A stretch of DNA of 34,858 bases from Calditrichia bacterium (lineage in GTDB: Bacteria; Calditrichota; Calditrichia; RBG-13-44-9), in assembly GCA_037381445.1 (NCBI GenBank), contig JARRQT010000054.1:1-34858 (forward strand), written 5' to 3'. Position 1 is the first letter of the stretch. Each line of letters begins with the position of its first letter. Below the pieces are notes generated by a model that had not been told where the DNA came from, ran no database searches, and was given only the letters and a program-made list of their open reading frames with translations. Below are positions 8,113 to 16,895 of this stretch, in pieces. The translations under genes were made by a program, and so were the position numbers.

Positions 8113-10383
8113 ATGGCAAGTAACAACAAAAAGCTGGTTATTGTTGAATCTCCAGCGAAAGCAAAAACCATTAACAAAATTCTGGGAAAAGATTATAAAG
8201 TCACGGCTTCGGTGGGGCATATCATCGATTTGCCGAAGACCAAGCTGGGAGTGGATATCGAGGAGGGATTCCGTCCCGAGTACGTGACGATTCGCGGAAA
8301 GAATAAAATCATCAAAGACCTGAAATCCGAAGCTTCTTCCGCCTCGGAAGTATTGCTTGCCACCGACCCCGACCGGGAGGGTGAGGCGATTGCATACCAT
8401 ATCGCTTCGGTGTTGGATGTAAATCACAGGAATATCAAGCGCATCGAATTTAATGAAATCACCAAAAATGCAGTTTTGAGGGCCATTGAACATCCCCGGA
8501 CGCTCGATATTGACCGGGTGAACGCCCAGCAGGCGCGCCGCGTGATGGACAGGATTGTCGGTTATCAGGTCAGCCCGTTTCTGTGGGAAACCATTTTTCG
8601 CGGTCTTAGCGCGGGCCGTGTGCAATCCGTGGCACTTCGACTGCTCTGCGAAAGGGAAGATGAGATTTCAAAGTTCCAGGCTATTGAATACTGGTCCGTG
8701 GACGCGATGCTGGAAACCGCAAAGAGGGAAGTCTTTAGAGCCCATCTGATTAAAATAAACGGCAATTTACTCGTTCCGCAGAAATTCCGGATCGCCAACA
8801 AAGGTGAAGCAGAAACTCATCGCAAGGCTCTCCTTCAGGAAAAATACCGGGTTTCCGAAATCGAGAAGAAAACTGTCGATAAAAGGCCGCCTGCTCCTTT
8901 CATCACCAGCACCCTGCAGCAGGAGGCTTCCCGGCGATTGCGGATGACCACGGCCCGGGTGATGAGCATTGCCCAGCAGTTGTACGAGGGCATCGATCTG
9001 GGCCAAAAGGGGAATGTGGGACTCATTACCTACATGAGGACCGATTCGACTCGCATCAGTGAGGAGGCCATTGCAGGGATACGGAAATATATCGCCCAGG
9101 CCTACGGCACCAATTATCTTCCGCCAAAGCCTAATATTTACAGCCGCAAGAAATCGGCGCAGGACGCCCATGAGGCAATCCGGCCGACCTATCTCGATGC
9201 GGAATTTGAACCGCGGAGACTAAGGAAATATTTGTCCGCCGATCAGTATAAATTGTACGAATTGATCTGGAGGCGCTTCCTGGCCTGCCAGATGAAACCG
9301 GCAAAAGTGGACAAAACCACCATTTACATTCAGGCGGGACCCTATGAATTCAGGGCAGAAGGTGAAGTGATTACTTTCCGCGGTTACCTTCTGGCCTATG
9401 ATGAACAGGTAGAGGAGCCGGAATCAGGTAATGGCGCCGCATCGGAATTTGTGGCAATCCCCAATGAACTGTCCGTTGATGAAATATTGAAACTGAACGA
9501 ACTGCTGGTTGAACAAAAATTCACCCAGCCGCCCCCGCGCTATTCCGAAAGCACGCTGGTAAAATTGCTGGACAAACTGGGTATCGGCAGGCCGAGCACC
9601 TACGCGCAAATCATTTCGACCCTGTTCACCCGGAAATATGTGGACAGGAGTGAAAGGACGCTGGTCCCCACGGAACTGGGGCAGACGGTGAACAAACTGC
9701 TGGTGCATCATTTTCCCAATATTTTCAATGTGAAATTCACCGCGGACATGGAGAAAAATCTCGATAAAATTGAGCAGCATGTCTCCAATTATGAGGACAC
9801 CCTGAATGGTTTCTACATACCGTTCAGAGAATCCCTGGAAAAAGTAAAGGAACACAAGAGCGATATCAAGAAAGAGTTGCAGGAGGCCACCGAGGTTACC
9901 TGTGAGGTGTGTGGCCGTCCCATGGTTATCAAATGGGGAAGAAACGGGCGCTTCCTGGCGTGCTCGGGATACCCGGAATGCAAGAATACCAAACCGCTTG
10001 AGGAGCCGGAAGAAAAGCAAACCGGTGAAATATGCGAAGTCTGCGGGTCGCCCATGGTTATTAAAAGGGGACGTTTTGGTGAATTTCTGGCATGCTCCAA
10101 TTACCCGGCCTGCAAAAACACCCGCCCCATCAGTACCGGCGTAAAATGCCCCGAAGAAGGCTGTGACGGCACTATTGTTCAGCGGCAGTCCAAAAGAGGG
10201 AAAATCTTTTATTCATGCAGCAATTACCCGAAGTGCAAATTTGCTTTGTGGGATAAACCGGTTAATCAGAAATGCCCGGATTGCGGCCATCCGTTTTTGA
10301 TTGAAAAGGTGACCCGGGCCCAGGGCTATTATTTGCAATGCCCGAAATGCAAATACAAAAGAAAAGAAGAAAATCTCAATTAA
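8113..10383 (+). CDS. topA: DNA topoisomerase I (type IA) with C-terminal zinc ribbons
   Basis: KLVIVESPAKAKTI, ATDPDREGEAI, SAGRVQS, GLITYMRTDS (catalytic Tyr), AQDAHEAIRPT, GIGRPSTY; C4 zinc ribbons at the C-terminus. Confidence 0.98.
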   Translation: MASNNKKLVIVESPAKAKTINKILGKDYKVTASVGHIIDLPKTKLGVDIEEGFRPEYVTIRGKNKIIKDLKSEASSASEVLLATDPDREGEAIAYHIASVLDVNHRNIKRIEFNEITKNAVLRAIEHPRTLDIDRVNAQQARRVMDRIVGYQVSPFLWETIFRGLSAGRVQSVALRLLCEREDEISKFQAIEYWSVDAMLETAKREVFRAHLIKINGNLLVPQKFRIANKGEAETHRKALLQEKYRVSEIEKKTVDKRPPAPFITSTLQQEASRRLRMTTARVMSIAQQLYEGIDLGQKGNVGLITYMRTDSTRISEEAIAGIRKYIAQAYGTNYLPPKPNIYSRKKSAQDAHEAIRPTYLDAEFEPRRLRKYLSADQYKLYELIWRRFLACQMKPAKVDKTTIYIQAGPYEFRAEGEVITFRGYLLAYDEQVEEPESGNGAASEFVAIPNELSVDEILKLNELLVEQKFTQPPPRYSESTLVKLLDKLGIGRPSTYAQIISTLFTRKYVDRSERTLVPTELGQTVNKLLVHHFPNIFNVKFTADMEKNLDKIEQHVSNYEDTLNGFYIPFRESLEKVKEHKSDIKKELQEATEVTCEVCGRPMVIKWGRNGRFLACSGYPECKNTKPLEEPEEKQTGEICEVCGSPMVIKRGRFGEFLACSNYPACKNTRPISTGVKCPEEGCDGTIVQRQSKRGKIFYSCSNYPKCKFALWDKPVNQKCPDCGHPFLIEKVTRAQGYYLQCPKCKYKRKEENLN
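9901..10122 (+). repeat. Two tandem intragenic repeats (132-nt period) encoding TopA zinc ribbons
   Basis: CEVCGRPMVIKWGRNGRFLACSGYPECKNT (from 9901) and CEVCGSPMVIKRGRFGEFLACSNYPACKNT (from 10033); shared DNA such as cccatggttat. Confidence 0.85.
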
Positions 10384-11291
10384 TGTGGATTTATTTAGAT
10401 AATTTTGCCGATTATCTGAAAAATGAGCGCCTTTATTCGCCGCATACGGTCAAATCCTACCGGACCGACCTTGCCCAGTTTATAGAATATCTGGAGGATG
10501 AAGTTTTTTCACGTCAAGTCCGGCCTCAAATGGTCGATAGTGATCACATAAAGGAATATGTGGAAAAATTGTTTATCCATGGGCTCAATAAAAAAAGTAT
10601 CGCGAGAAAATTATCAACCATCAAATCTTTTTTCAAATATCTTAAACGAATACAGATTCTGGAAGGCAATCCTGCGCTGTCCGTTTACGCGCCAAAACTG
10701 GACAAGACCCTGCCGGTGGTGCTGGATGAAAAGCAGGCCAGAAAGCTTATGGAACTTCCCCGTGAAAAAACGTTTGAGGGTATCCGGGACAGGGCGATTT
10801 TGGAGCTTTTTTATGGCTGCGGTATTCGCCTGGCAGAATTAATTCAATTAAGGGTGAAACAAATTCATCTTCAAAGTGATTATATAATAGTACTGGGGAA
10901 GAGGAATAAAGAGCGAATTGTTCCTCTTGGAAACTATGCGCGCGATGCGCTGGAAAAGTATTTAAAAACCAGGAACGAAAAAATTAAAATTTTTATAGAT
11001 CCGGATATAGTATTTGTGAACAAAAAGGGTAAGTCTCTATATCCTTTGGCAATACAAAAGATGGTGAAGAAGTATCTGACCCAAATTTCCGAACAGGAAC
11101 ATCTGAGTCCCCATGTTTTGCGGCATACCTTTGCAACCCATCTCCTGGATCGCGGCGCGGATTTGTTGGCAGTAAAAGAACTGCTGGGACATGCAAGTCT
11201 TTCCACCACCCAAATTTATACGCATGTGAGCATGGAGCGCCTAAAGAATGTATATCAAAAAGCGCACCCGCGGTCCGATAGAGATGTATAA
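10383..11291 (+). CDS. xerC: Tyrosine recombinase XerC
   Basis: YSPHTVKSYRTDL, RDRAILELFYGCGIR, GKRNKER, SPHVLRHTFATHLL, LLGH..LSTTQIYTH (complete R-K-H-R-H-Y set). ATG overlaps the topA stop (TAATG). Confidence 0.92.
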   Translation: MWIYLDNFADYLKNERLYSPHTVKSYRTDLAQFIEYLEDEVFSRQVRPQMVDSDHIKEYVEKLFIHGLNKKSIARKLSTIKSFFKYLKRIQILEGNPALSVYAPKLDKTLPVVLDEKQARKLMELPREKTFEGIRDRAILELFYGCGIRLAELIQLRVKQIHLQSDYIIVLGKRNKERIVPLGNYARDALEKYLKTRNEKIKIFIDPDIVFVNKKGKSLYPLAIQKMVKKYLTQISEQEHLSPHVLRHTFATHLLDRGADLLAVKELLGHASLSTTQIYTHVSMERLKNVYQKAHPRSDRDV

Positions 11292-11323
11292 TATACACAC
11301 CCTAAACCTATAAGGAGGTTTTT

Positions 11324-11635
11324 ATGAACTTAACTATCACTGCCCGCCATTTTAAGCTCAAAGACGAATTGAAGGATTACGTCGAAGAGAAGGTGCTGAA
11401 ACTGGACAGGTATTATGATGGAATCGTCGATCTGGAGGTGATATTAGGTTGGGAGAAACTTACGCGGTATACTGAATTCCGGATTAATGTGCACAGCAAA
11501 CAGATTATTATCAAAGAGGTTTCCGACGAGATACGTAAATCCTTTGACGCGGCATTAAACAGGGCAGAACGACAGTTAAAGAAGTATAAGGAAAAACGGC
11601 AATCGCCTGTAAAGGCCAAACCTCTAACCGTTTGA
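11324..11635 (+). CDS. hpf: Ribosome hibernation promoting factor (short HPF/RaiA)
   Basis: MNLTITARHF...LKDYVEEKV.KLDRY...ERQLKKYKEK; TAAGGAGG RBS. Confidence 0.93.
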   Translation: MNLTITARHFKLKDELKDYVEEKVLKLDRYYDGIVDLEVILGWEKLTRYTEFRINVHSKQIIIKEVSDEIRKSFDAALNRAERQLKKYKEKRQSPVKAKPLTV

Positions 11636-11659
11636 ATTTTAATAAATATTTTCGAGCTT

Positions 11660-11691
11660 AAAACTCCCGCACTTTTTGCGGGAGTTTTTTT
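11660..11691 (+). terminator. Rho-independent terminator (probably bidirectional)
   Basis: AAAACTCCCGCA-ctttt-TGCGGGAGTTTT followed by further Ts, right after hpf. Confidence 0.9.
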
Positions 11692-11929
11692 ATGTCAAAA
11701 ATCAGATACCAGGGAAATTGTCCGGTGATTTAAAATGAGGTCGGGAACATTTGGCAAAAAACCAAAGCAGGAGCTTCGGCTAGGCGATAAATTTGTGAGA
11801 TTCGTCCATATCTTCCTGGCGTGGGAAAATTTTTATCCCGATCCATTAATTAATAACTGAAACCAAATTCTCAATCATTTTTCAAAATTCATAAAACTTT
11901 AAAAATAAGCCTGCATTTATAAAATATGA

Positions 11930-11957
11930 TTGCAAGAAACTTTAAAATTTTTAAATT
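11930..11957 (+). promoter_or_regulatory. Putative hprK promoter
   Basis: TTGCAA, 16-bp spacer, TAAATT, preceded by an AT-rich tract; GAGGAGG RBS downstream. Confidence 0.5.
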
Positions 11958-11986
11958 AGATAGTTGTTAACGAGGAGGGATGAAAT

Positions 11987-12982
11987 ATGCTCAAACGGAC
12001 TTTGAATGTCGGGACCTTTTTCTCTGACAACCAGAAGAAATTGAAGCTGCAATTGCTCAATTCCAATTCCGGTTTTGAGCGGCTCATCAAAACGGAGGAG
12101 CTCAACCGGCCGGGACTGGCGCTGGCGGGCTTTCTTGACCTCTTCACTTATGATCGCATTCAGGTGTTAGGAAATACGGAACTGCAATACCTTTTCGCGC
12201 TCTCTGATGTAAAAAGACGGGAATGTCTGGAACCGGTTCTAAGTTATGAAATTCCCTGCATTATCGTGACGGAAGACAATGAGATTCCTCCCGAGCTTTT
12301 GTCTATTGCAACGCGCCGGCAAATCAGCGTGTTCAGAACCAAATTTGCGACCACTGTCTTCTTTCATTATTTAAGCGATTACCTGCACAATGAATTTGCC
12401 CCGAAGACCACCGTTCACGGAACTCTGGTGGATGTTTACGGAATTGGTGTTCTGTTTACGGGGCGAAGCGGCATCGGAAAAAGTGAAATTGCGCTAGATT
12501 TAATCGAAAGGGGGCACCGGCTGGTTGCGGATGACGTGGTTATTATTACGAAGAAGGCAGAGGAAATCCTCATGGGAGAGGGGCGTGAACTCGCCGAGCA
12601 TCATCTAGAGGTCCGGGGTTTGGGACTCATCGATACCCGCAGCATTTTCGGAATTCGGGCCGTGCGGGTCCATAAACGGGTGGAAGTGGAGGTCCAGCTT
12701 GTCGAATTCGATCCCAATGTCGATTACGACCGCACAGGGCTGGACGAACAAACCACAACCGTTTTGGGAGTGGAAATTCCGCTGGTTGTTTTGCCGATCA
12801 ATCCCGGGAAAAATATCACGGTGATTGCGGAAACCATTGCTTTGAACCAGCTCATGAAAATTTATGGCCATCATACACCTAAAGAGTTCAATAAACGGTT
12901 GATGGAAAAAATCCGCCAGCAGGAGCGGAAGCACTTGCTGGAGCTGAAAATGCGTGATTTTTTGGATAAAGATTTCGAATAA
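11987..12982 (+). CDS. hprK: HPr(Ser) kinase/phosphorylase
   Basis: NRPGLALAGF, HGTLVDVYGIGVL, Walker A GRSGIGKSE, GHRLVADD, LEVRGLGLID, PGKN. Confidence 0.96.
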   Translation: MLKRTLNVGTFFSDNQKKLKLQLLNSNSGFERLIKTEELNRPGLALAGFLDLFTYDRIQVLGNTELQYLFALSDVKRRECLEPVLSYEIPCIIVTEDNEIPPELLSIATRRQISVFRTKFATTVFFHYLSDYLHNEFAPKTTVHGTLVDVYGIGVLFTGRSGIGKSEIALDLIERGHRLVADDVVIITKKAEEILMGEGRELAEHHLEVRGLGLIDTRSIFGIRAVRVHKRVEVEVQLVEFDPNVDYDRTGLDEQTTTVLGVEIPLVVLPINPGKNITVIAETIALNQLMKIYGHHTPKEFNKRLMEKIRQQERKHLLELKMRDFLDKDFE

Positions 12983-12983
12983 G

Positions 12984-13364
12984 ATGACCGGTATCGTTAT
13001 TTGCCATAAGTCCCTTGCCCACGAATTGCTTCAGACAGCCCGCGCTATTGTCGGCCACCAGAATGATCTGTATGCATTCAGCAATGACAAAATCACCGGC
13101 GAACAGCTCGTCAAGAAGATCGAGGAATTCCTGGTTTCGCAGAATAATCCCGAAGATGTGGTTTTAATGGTGGACTTGCGGGGCGGCAACTGCTGGTCGG
13201 TGGCCAGAATGGTGAAACGCATGCATCCCGGCCATTATGTGCTTTCCGGGGTGAATCTTCCCATGCTTTTCTCCTTCCTGACCAAAAAGGACAGGCTGTC
13301 CTTCGAAGCCCTGATTAAGACAATGGAAGAAGACGCCCATCGTGGCATCATTTTGGATAAATAA
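12984..13364 (+). CDS. PTS EIIA component, mannose/fructose (EIIA-Man) family
   Basis: GIVICH (phospho-His), VLMVDLRGG and SGVNLPML motifs; starts 1 nt after the hprK stop. Confidence 0.88.
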   Translation: MTGIVICHKSLAHELLQTARAIVGHQNDLYAFSNDKITGEQLVKKIEEFLVSQNNPEDVVLMVDLRGGNCWSVARMVKRMHPGHYVLSGVNLPMLFSFLTKKDRLSFEALIKTMEEDAHRGIILDK

Positions 13365-13393
13365 GCGGAATAATCACGACGACCAAGGATTTG

Positions 13394-13720
13394 TTATTTC
13401 AGGAATGCTGAAGCAGTTTTCCCAATCAAGTAAATGGAAAAGATTATTAAAGCTGCTCCTGCAATCGTTACCACTCCCGGAATCTCTTCCCAAAATATAA
13501 AACCCAGCATTGTCGAAAAGACCACCGCAAGATAGGAAATGTTGGTCGATTTTGCGGCCATTTCCAGGTGCAGGCTGCGCATCAAAAAAATCTGGGCAAA
13601 AAAAGTTATAATTCCGATTAGCAAAAGAAAAGGCCATTCCTGCCCCAGCGGAAGAACAAAATTTCGGGCCACAGTAGGTATCATGTGCGGAATCGAAACC
13701 AGCGTCCAATAATTTATTAT
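13394..13720 (-). pseudogene. C-terminal remnant of an EamA/DMT-family transporter
   Basis: ..EWPFLLLIGIITFFAQIFLMRSLHLEMAAKSTNISYLAVVFSTMLGFIFWEEIPGVVTIAGAALII.. matches the second EamA repeat. About 110 aa against about 290 expected; no clear RBS/start, and the 5' part is replaced by the next gene's promoter. Confidence 0.7.
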
Positions 13721-13768
13721 GTTTTTGGAAAATGTTGTCTGGTGTTTTAAGAAAGCGGGAGTTAAAGG

Positions 13769-13797
13769 TTGTTCATTTTCATCCGATAGTTTATATT
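13769..13797 (+). promoter_or_regulatory. Putative promoter of the SBP-dGTPase pair
   Basis: TTGTTC, 17-bp spacer, TATATT, about 20 nt before the GTG at 13819. Confidence 0.5.
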
Positions 13798-13818
13798 GCA
13801 AGGAAAGCGAGAATCTCC

Positions 13819-15471
13819 GTGACGGAACGAAATAAAAAATTCCTGTATTATATTTATGTCTTGCTAATTCTTCTTATTCTCTGGGCAGCCTTCCAACTGG
13901 TTAAAATCTCTCAAAAGACAACCGAATCCCAGCCGGTCAAGCACGGTGAGGTTTTTCAGGATACCCTTACCTTTTATGTTTCTCAGGTTCCCCAGACTTT
14001 TGACGTGTTTAATGCTCTCTATGACCAGGACATCTTCGTATTCTCGCAAATCTACCGGGGACTGACGCGAATTAATTCCAATCTGGTTGAGGTACCAGAT
14101 CTGGCGGAATACTGGGATGTTTCCGACGATCATAAAACTTACACCTTTTATTTAAGGCGCGGTCTTTATTTTCATGATGGCATGCCAGTTACCATGGATG
14201 ATTTTATTCAGAGTGTGGAATTTTTCTTCTCTCATTATCCCAAGAGTTACACCATCTCGTATTTTAAGATAATTGACGGTGTTGAAGAATTCATGAGTGG
14301 GCGCTCCAAAAAGATTCGCGGGATCAGGAAGATATCAGATTATGCTGTCGAAATTCGTCTGACCAAACCATATGTGCCTTTTCCCAAATTGCTTTCTCTC
14401 CCTCAAATGCGCATTCTTCCTCATCGCTATCTTGCATCCGATTACAAAGCGCTGTGTGAAACGCCAATCGGAACAGGTCCGTACCGGGTTGTAAAAAAAT
14501 CCAATGAATATCTCGTTCTGGAAGCGTTTTATCTCAATAAAATTTATGAACCCTCCGTCAAATATTTTAAACTGATTCCGGTTTTGCTAAGTAAAAACCG
14601 GGCAGAAGTGATGAAACAGCACTCCCGGAGAAAATTCGATATTTCATTTATACCGGACAGTTCGTTTTTGCATTCTTCCGGAGATCTGAAATTCCGAAAA
14701 AATACCACCTTCAACCTGGTGTTTCTCGGATTCAATTGCATGAAGGCGCCGACCGATCAGGCTGATTTCCGCAAGGCCCTGTTTGCGGCATTCAATTCCC
14801 GGGAGATTTCGGAAAAATACCGGGGGAACGCAATTCCGGCGGAATTTATCTCTCCGATTTTCCTGCCCAAAGAGCCGGGTGAAAATCACTCGATTTCATC
14901 TGTTCTGAATGGGGAGAATAAAAAGTCGAGCAATCATTTAAGCAGCCTCGGGCAATTTCGGGAGATTACTTTTCTTCTGGATACAACCCACTATATTCGG
15001 GATTTCTCCGATGAAATTAAGCGGATTGGCGATACACTGGGTTTTAAAAGCAACCATGTTTTTCTGAATGATCTGGATATAGAAACCCAGCAGTCGCTGC
15101 TGGACACTGTGAATACTTTTATATTTGATTGGCAGCTTGACTTGCCGGATCCCGAGTACTTCTTTAATTTGCTGTTTAAATCAGACTCGCCCATGAACCT
15201 ATTCAATTACAAAAATCCAGAAGTGGATTCTTTGCTGGAAGTGGCCCGTTTTAAGGATATAAGTTCGGATAGGCTTAAATTATACTCACAGATTGAGGAC
15301 ATTATTTATCAAGATGCTCCCATGAGACCAATTATTTATTTTGAGGATTATATGTTCTATAAGGACTATATTGAAGGGGCATACCTGAGCCGGCTGGGTA
15401 TTCCCAGCCTGGAGTTGGATAAAATATCAGTCGACAAAGAGCTTTATGAAAAACATAATTGGAAAAAATAA
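13819..15471 (+). CDS. ABC transporter solute-binding protein family 5 (OppA/DppA-like) with N-terminal membrane anchor
   Basis: IYRGLTR...VPDLAEYWDVSDDHKTYTFYLRRGLYFHDG, PIGTGPY, FRKAL, W..DLPDPE.F, NYKNPEVDSLLE. N-terminal KK plus a hydrophobic helix with no lipobox. Start placed at GTG 13819 from promoter and RBS position. Confidence 0.85.
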   Translation: MTERNKKFLYYIYVLLILLILWAAFQLVKISQKTTESQPVKHGEVFQDTLTFYVSQVPQTFDVFNALYDQDIFVFSQIYRGLTRINSNLVEVPDLAEYWDVSDDHKTYTFYLRRGLYFHDGMPVTMDDFIQSVEFFFSHYPKSYTISYFKIIDGVEEFMSGRSKKIRGIRKISDYAVEIRLTKPYVPFPKLLSLPQMRILPHRYLASDYKALCETPIGTGPYRVVKKSNEYLVLEAFYLNKIYEPSVKYFKLIPVLLSKNRAEVMKQHSRRKFDISFIPDSSFLHSSGDLKFRKNTTFNLVFLGFNCMKAPTDQADFRKALFAAFNSREISEKYRGNAIPAEFISPIFLPKEPGENHSISSVLNGENKKSSNHLSSLGQFREITFLLDTTHYIRDFSDEIKRIGDTLGFKSNHVFLNDLDIETQQSLLDTVNTFIFDWQLDLPDPEYFFNLLFKSDSPMNLFNYKNPEVDSLLEVARFKDISSDRLKLYSQIEDIIYQDAPMRPIIYFEDYMFYKDYIEGAYLSRLGIPSLELDKISVDKELYEKHNWKK

Positions 15472-16641
15472 ATGGGCAGAGCAGATATCGATGAATTTTT
15501 TGGGAGGATTTATCGCGAAGCTACCTCGCGCACGGAATCAAGCCTTTCGCCGCATGCCACTCTCAGCAGCGAGGCGCAACGCCTTCAACCGGAGCCGGAA
15601 GGACCCCGCAGTCCATTTGCCCTGGACCGGGACCGAATCCTATACAGCGGAGCTTTCCGGCGTTACTCAGGCAAAACCCAGGTAATTTATTTCGCTTCCC
15701 AGCTGGATGAAATGCTTTCCTCCCGTAGCATCCACACCCTCAGCGTGTCGCAGGTATCCCGCACCATCGGCAAATTTCTGGGTTTGAATACGGAACTGAT
15801 AGAAGCGATTGCACTGGCCCATGACCTGGGGCACTCGCCCTTCGGTCATGATGGCGAGAAATACCTCTCTGCGGTTTGCTGGGAATATGGCATCGGTCAA
15901 TATCACCATCATATTCAAAGCCTCCATATTGTGGATCATGTTGCGAAAAAGGGGAAGGGGCTCAACCTGACCCTGCAGGTACGGGATGGTATACTCTCCC
16001 ATGACGGCGAAGTGCACAACCAAAAGCTGGAGCCGAAGACTGATAAGAATGAAGCCGACCTGCAGGAGTATATTCGTGTTCGAAAGGCTGGAAATTATTT
16101 TGATATGATGCCGAAGACCCTGGAAGGGTGTGTGGTCAGGATTACTGACACAATCGCCTACGTTGGGCAGGATATCGAGGACGCTATCCGTATCGGTTTG
16201 ATCAAGCGGTCTGATATTCCCGCGGATATCCGGCAGCGCATCGGTGCAACGAACGGAGAGATTATTGACACGCTGGTGAAGGATGTGGTCTTTAACAGTT
16301 ACGATAAGCCCTATGTGTGTTTCAGCAAAGAAATTTCCCGGCATTTGCTTCGCTTGAAAAAGTTCAATTATGAAAACATCTATCACAGCAGCAGGCTGAA
16401 GAAAGACCAGAGAAAGATAGAGCTTGGATTCAAACTTTTATTTGAAATATTTCTGAAAGATTTGAAGGAAAAATCAGCGAAGTCAAGAATATTCCGTGAT
16501 TTTCTGGAATCCAAGGCCCCCGAATATCTCAATATGACAAACGATGCCGAAAAGGTCCGCGATTTTATCGGCGGGATGACTGACCGCTATTTTGTGACAG
16601 TTCTGCAGGAACTGGTGATACCGGAAATGAATCTGCTGTGA
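15472..16641 (+). CDS. dgt: HD-domain deoxyguanosinetriphosphate triphosphohydrolase-like protein
   Basis: RSPFALDRDRILYSGAFRR..GKTQV, AHDLGHSPFGH.GE, TLEGCVVR.TD.IAY, VRDFIGGMTDRY. Confidence 0.85.
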   Translation: MGRADIDEFFGRIYREATSRTESSLSPHATLSSEAQRLQPEPEGPRSPFALDRDRILYSGAFRRYSGKTQVIYFASQLDEMLSSRSIHTLSVSQVSRTIGKFLGLNTELIEAIALAHDLGHSPFGHDGEKYLSAVCWEYGIGQYHHHIQSLHIVDHVAKKGKGLNLTLQVRDGILSHDGEVHNQKLEPKTDKNEADLQEYIRVRKAGNYFDMMPKTLEGCVVRITDTIAYVGQDIEDAIRIGLIKRSDIPADIRQRIGATNGEIIDTLVKDVVFNSYDKPYVCFSKEISRHLLRLKKFNYENIYHSSRLKKDQRKIELGFKLLFEIFLKDLKEKSAKSRIFRDFLESKAPEYLNMTNDAEKVRDFIGGMTDRYFVTVLQELVIPEMNLL

Positions 16642-16895
16642 TATAAAATGCCGGCAGTCCCCCCAAAGGCCGAGAAAGCATTCAAACGCCGCCTGATTCG
16701 GCATAATAATATTTTTTTACCCCCTGACTTGATAAATTCCAAAATTTTCTTAAATTACTGGTGAAGAATTTCCTGTAAAAAATAGCAGGCGGCAATGTGC
16801 GTACTATGATCCTGCACCTCGCCGGGCCTCATGCTTTAGCTTCGCGGTTTGATTTTAATATTTCAGAAAAACTAAAATTATTTCGGGAGCTGGAA

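Noticed and set aside
10383..11291. Tyrosine recombinase as a phage or island integrase
   Set aside because: About 300 aa with XerC-type motifs, translationally coupled to topA in core synteny. No att sites, tRNA or cargo genes.
13721..13801. KLSDENEQPL as a further piece of the EamA remnant
   Set aside because: It is separated from the clear homology by 14 unrelated codons and coincides with the opposite-strand promoter, so it cannot be told from chance.
15472..16641. dGTPase as an anti-phage defence gene
   Set aside because: No defence-island context, and the length and motifs fit the common housekeeping-like HD family.
16648..16704. ATGCCG...CGGCAT long-range hairpin after dgt as a possible ncRNA or riboswitch
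   Set aside because: Only a 6-bp closing stem and no recognisable aptamer motif.
16696..16723. Possible dif site (ATTCGGCATAA-taatat-...); also a TTATGTCAAAA arm at 11690
   Set aside because: Each has only one plausible arm. The XerD arm (first case) or XerC arm (second case) does not match.
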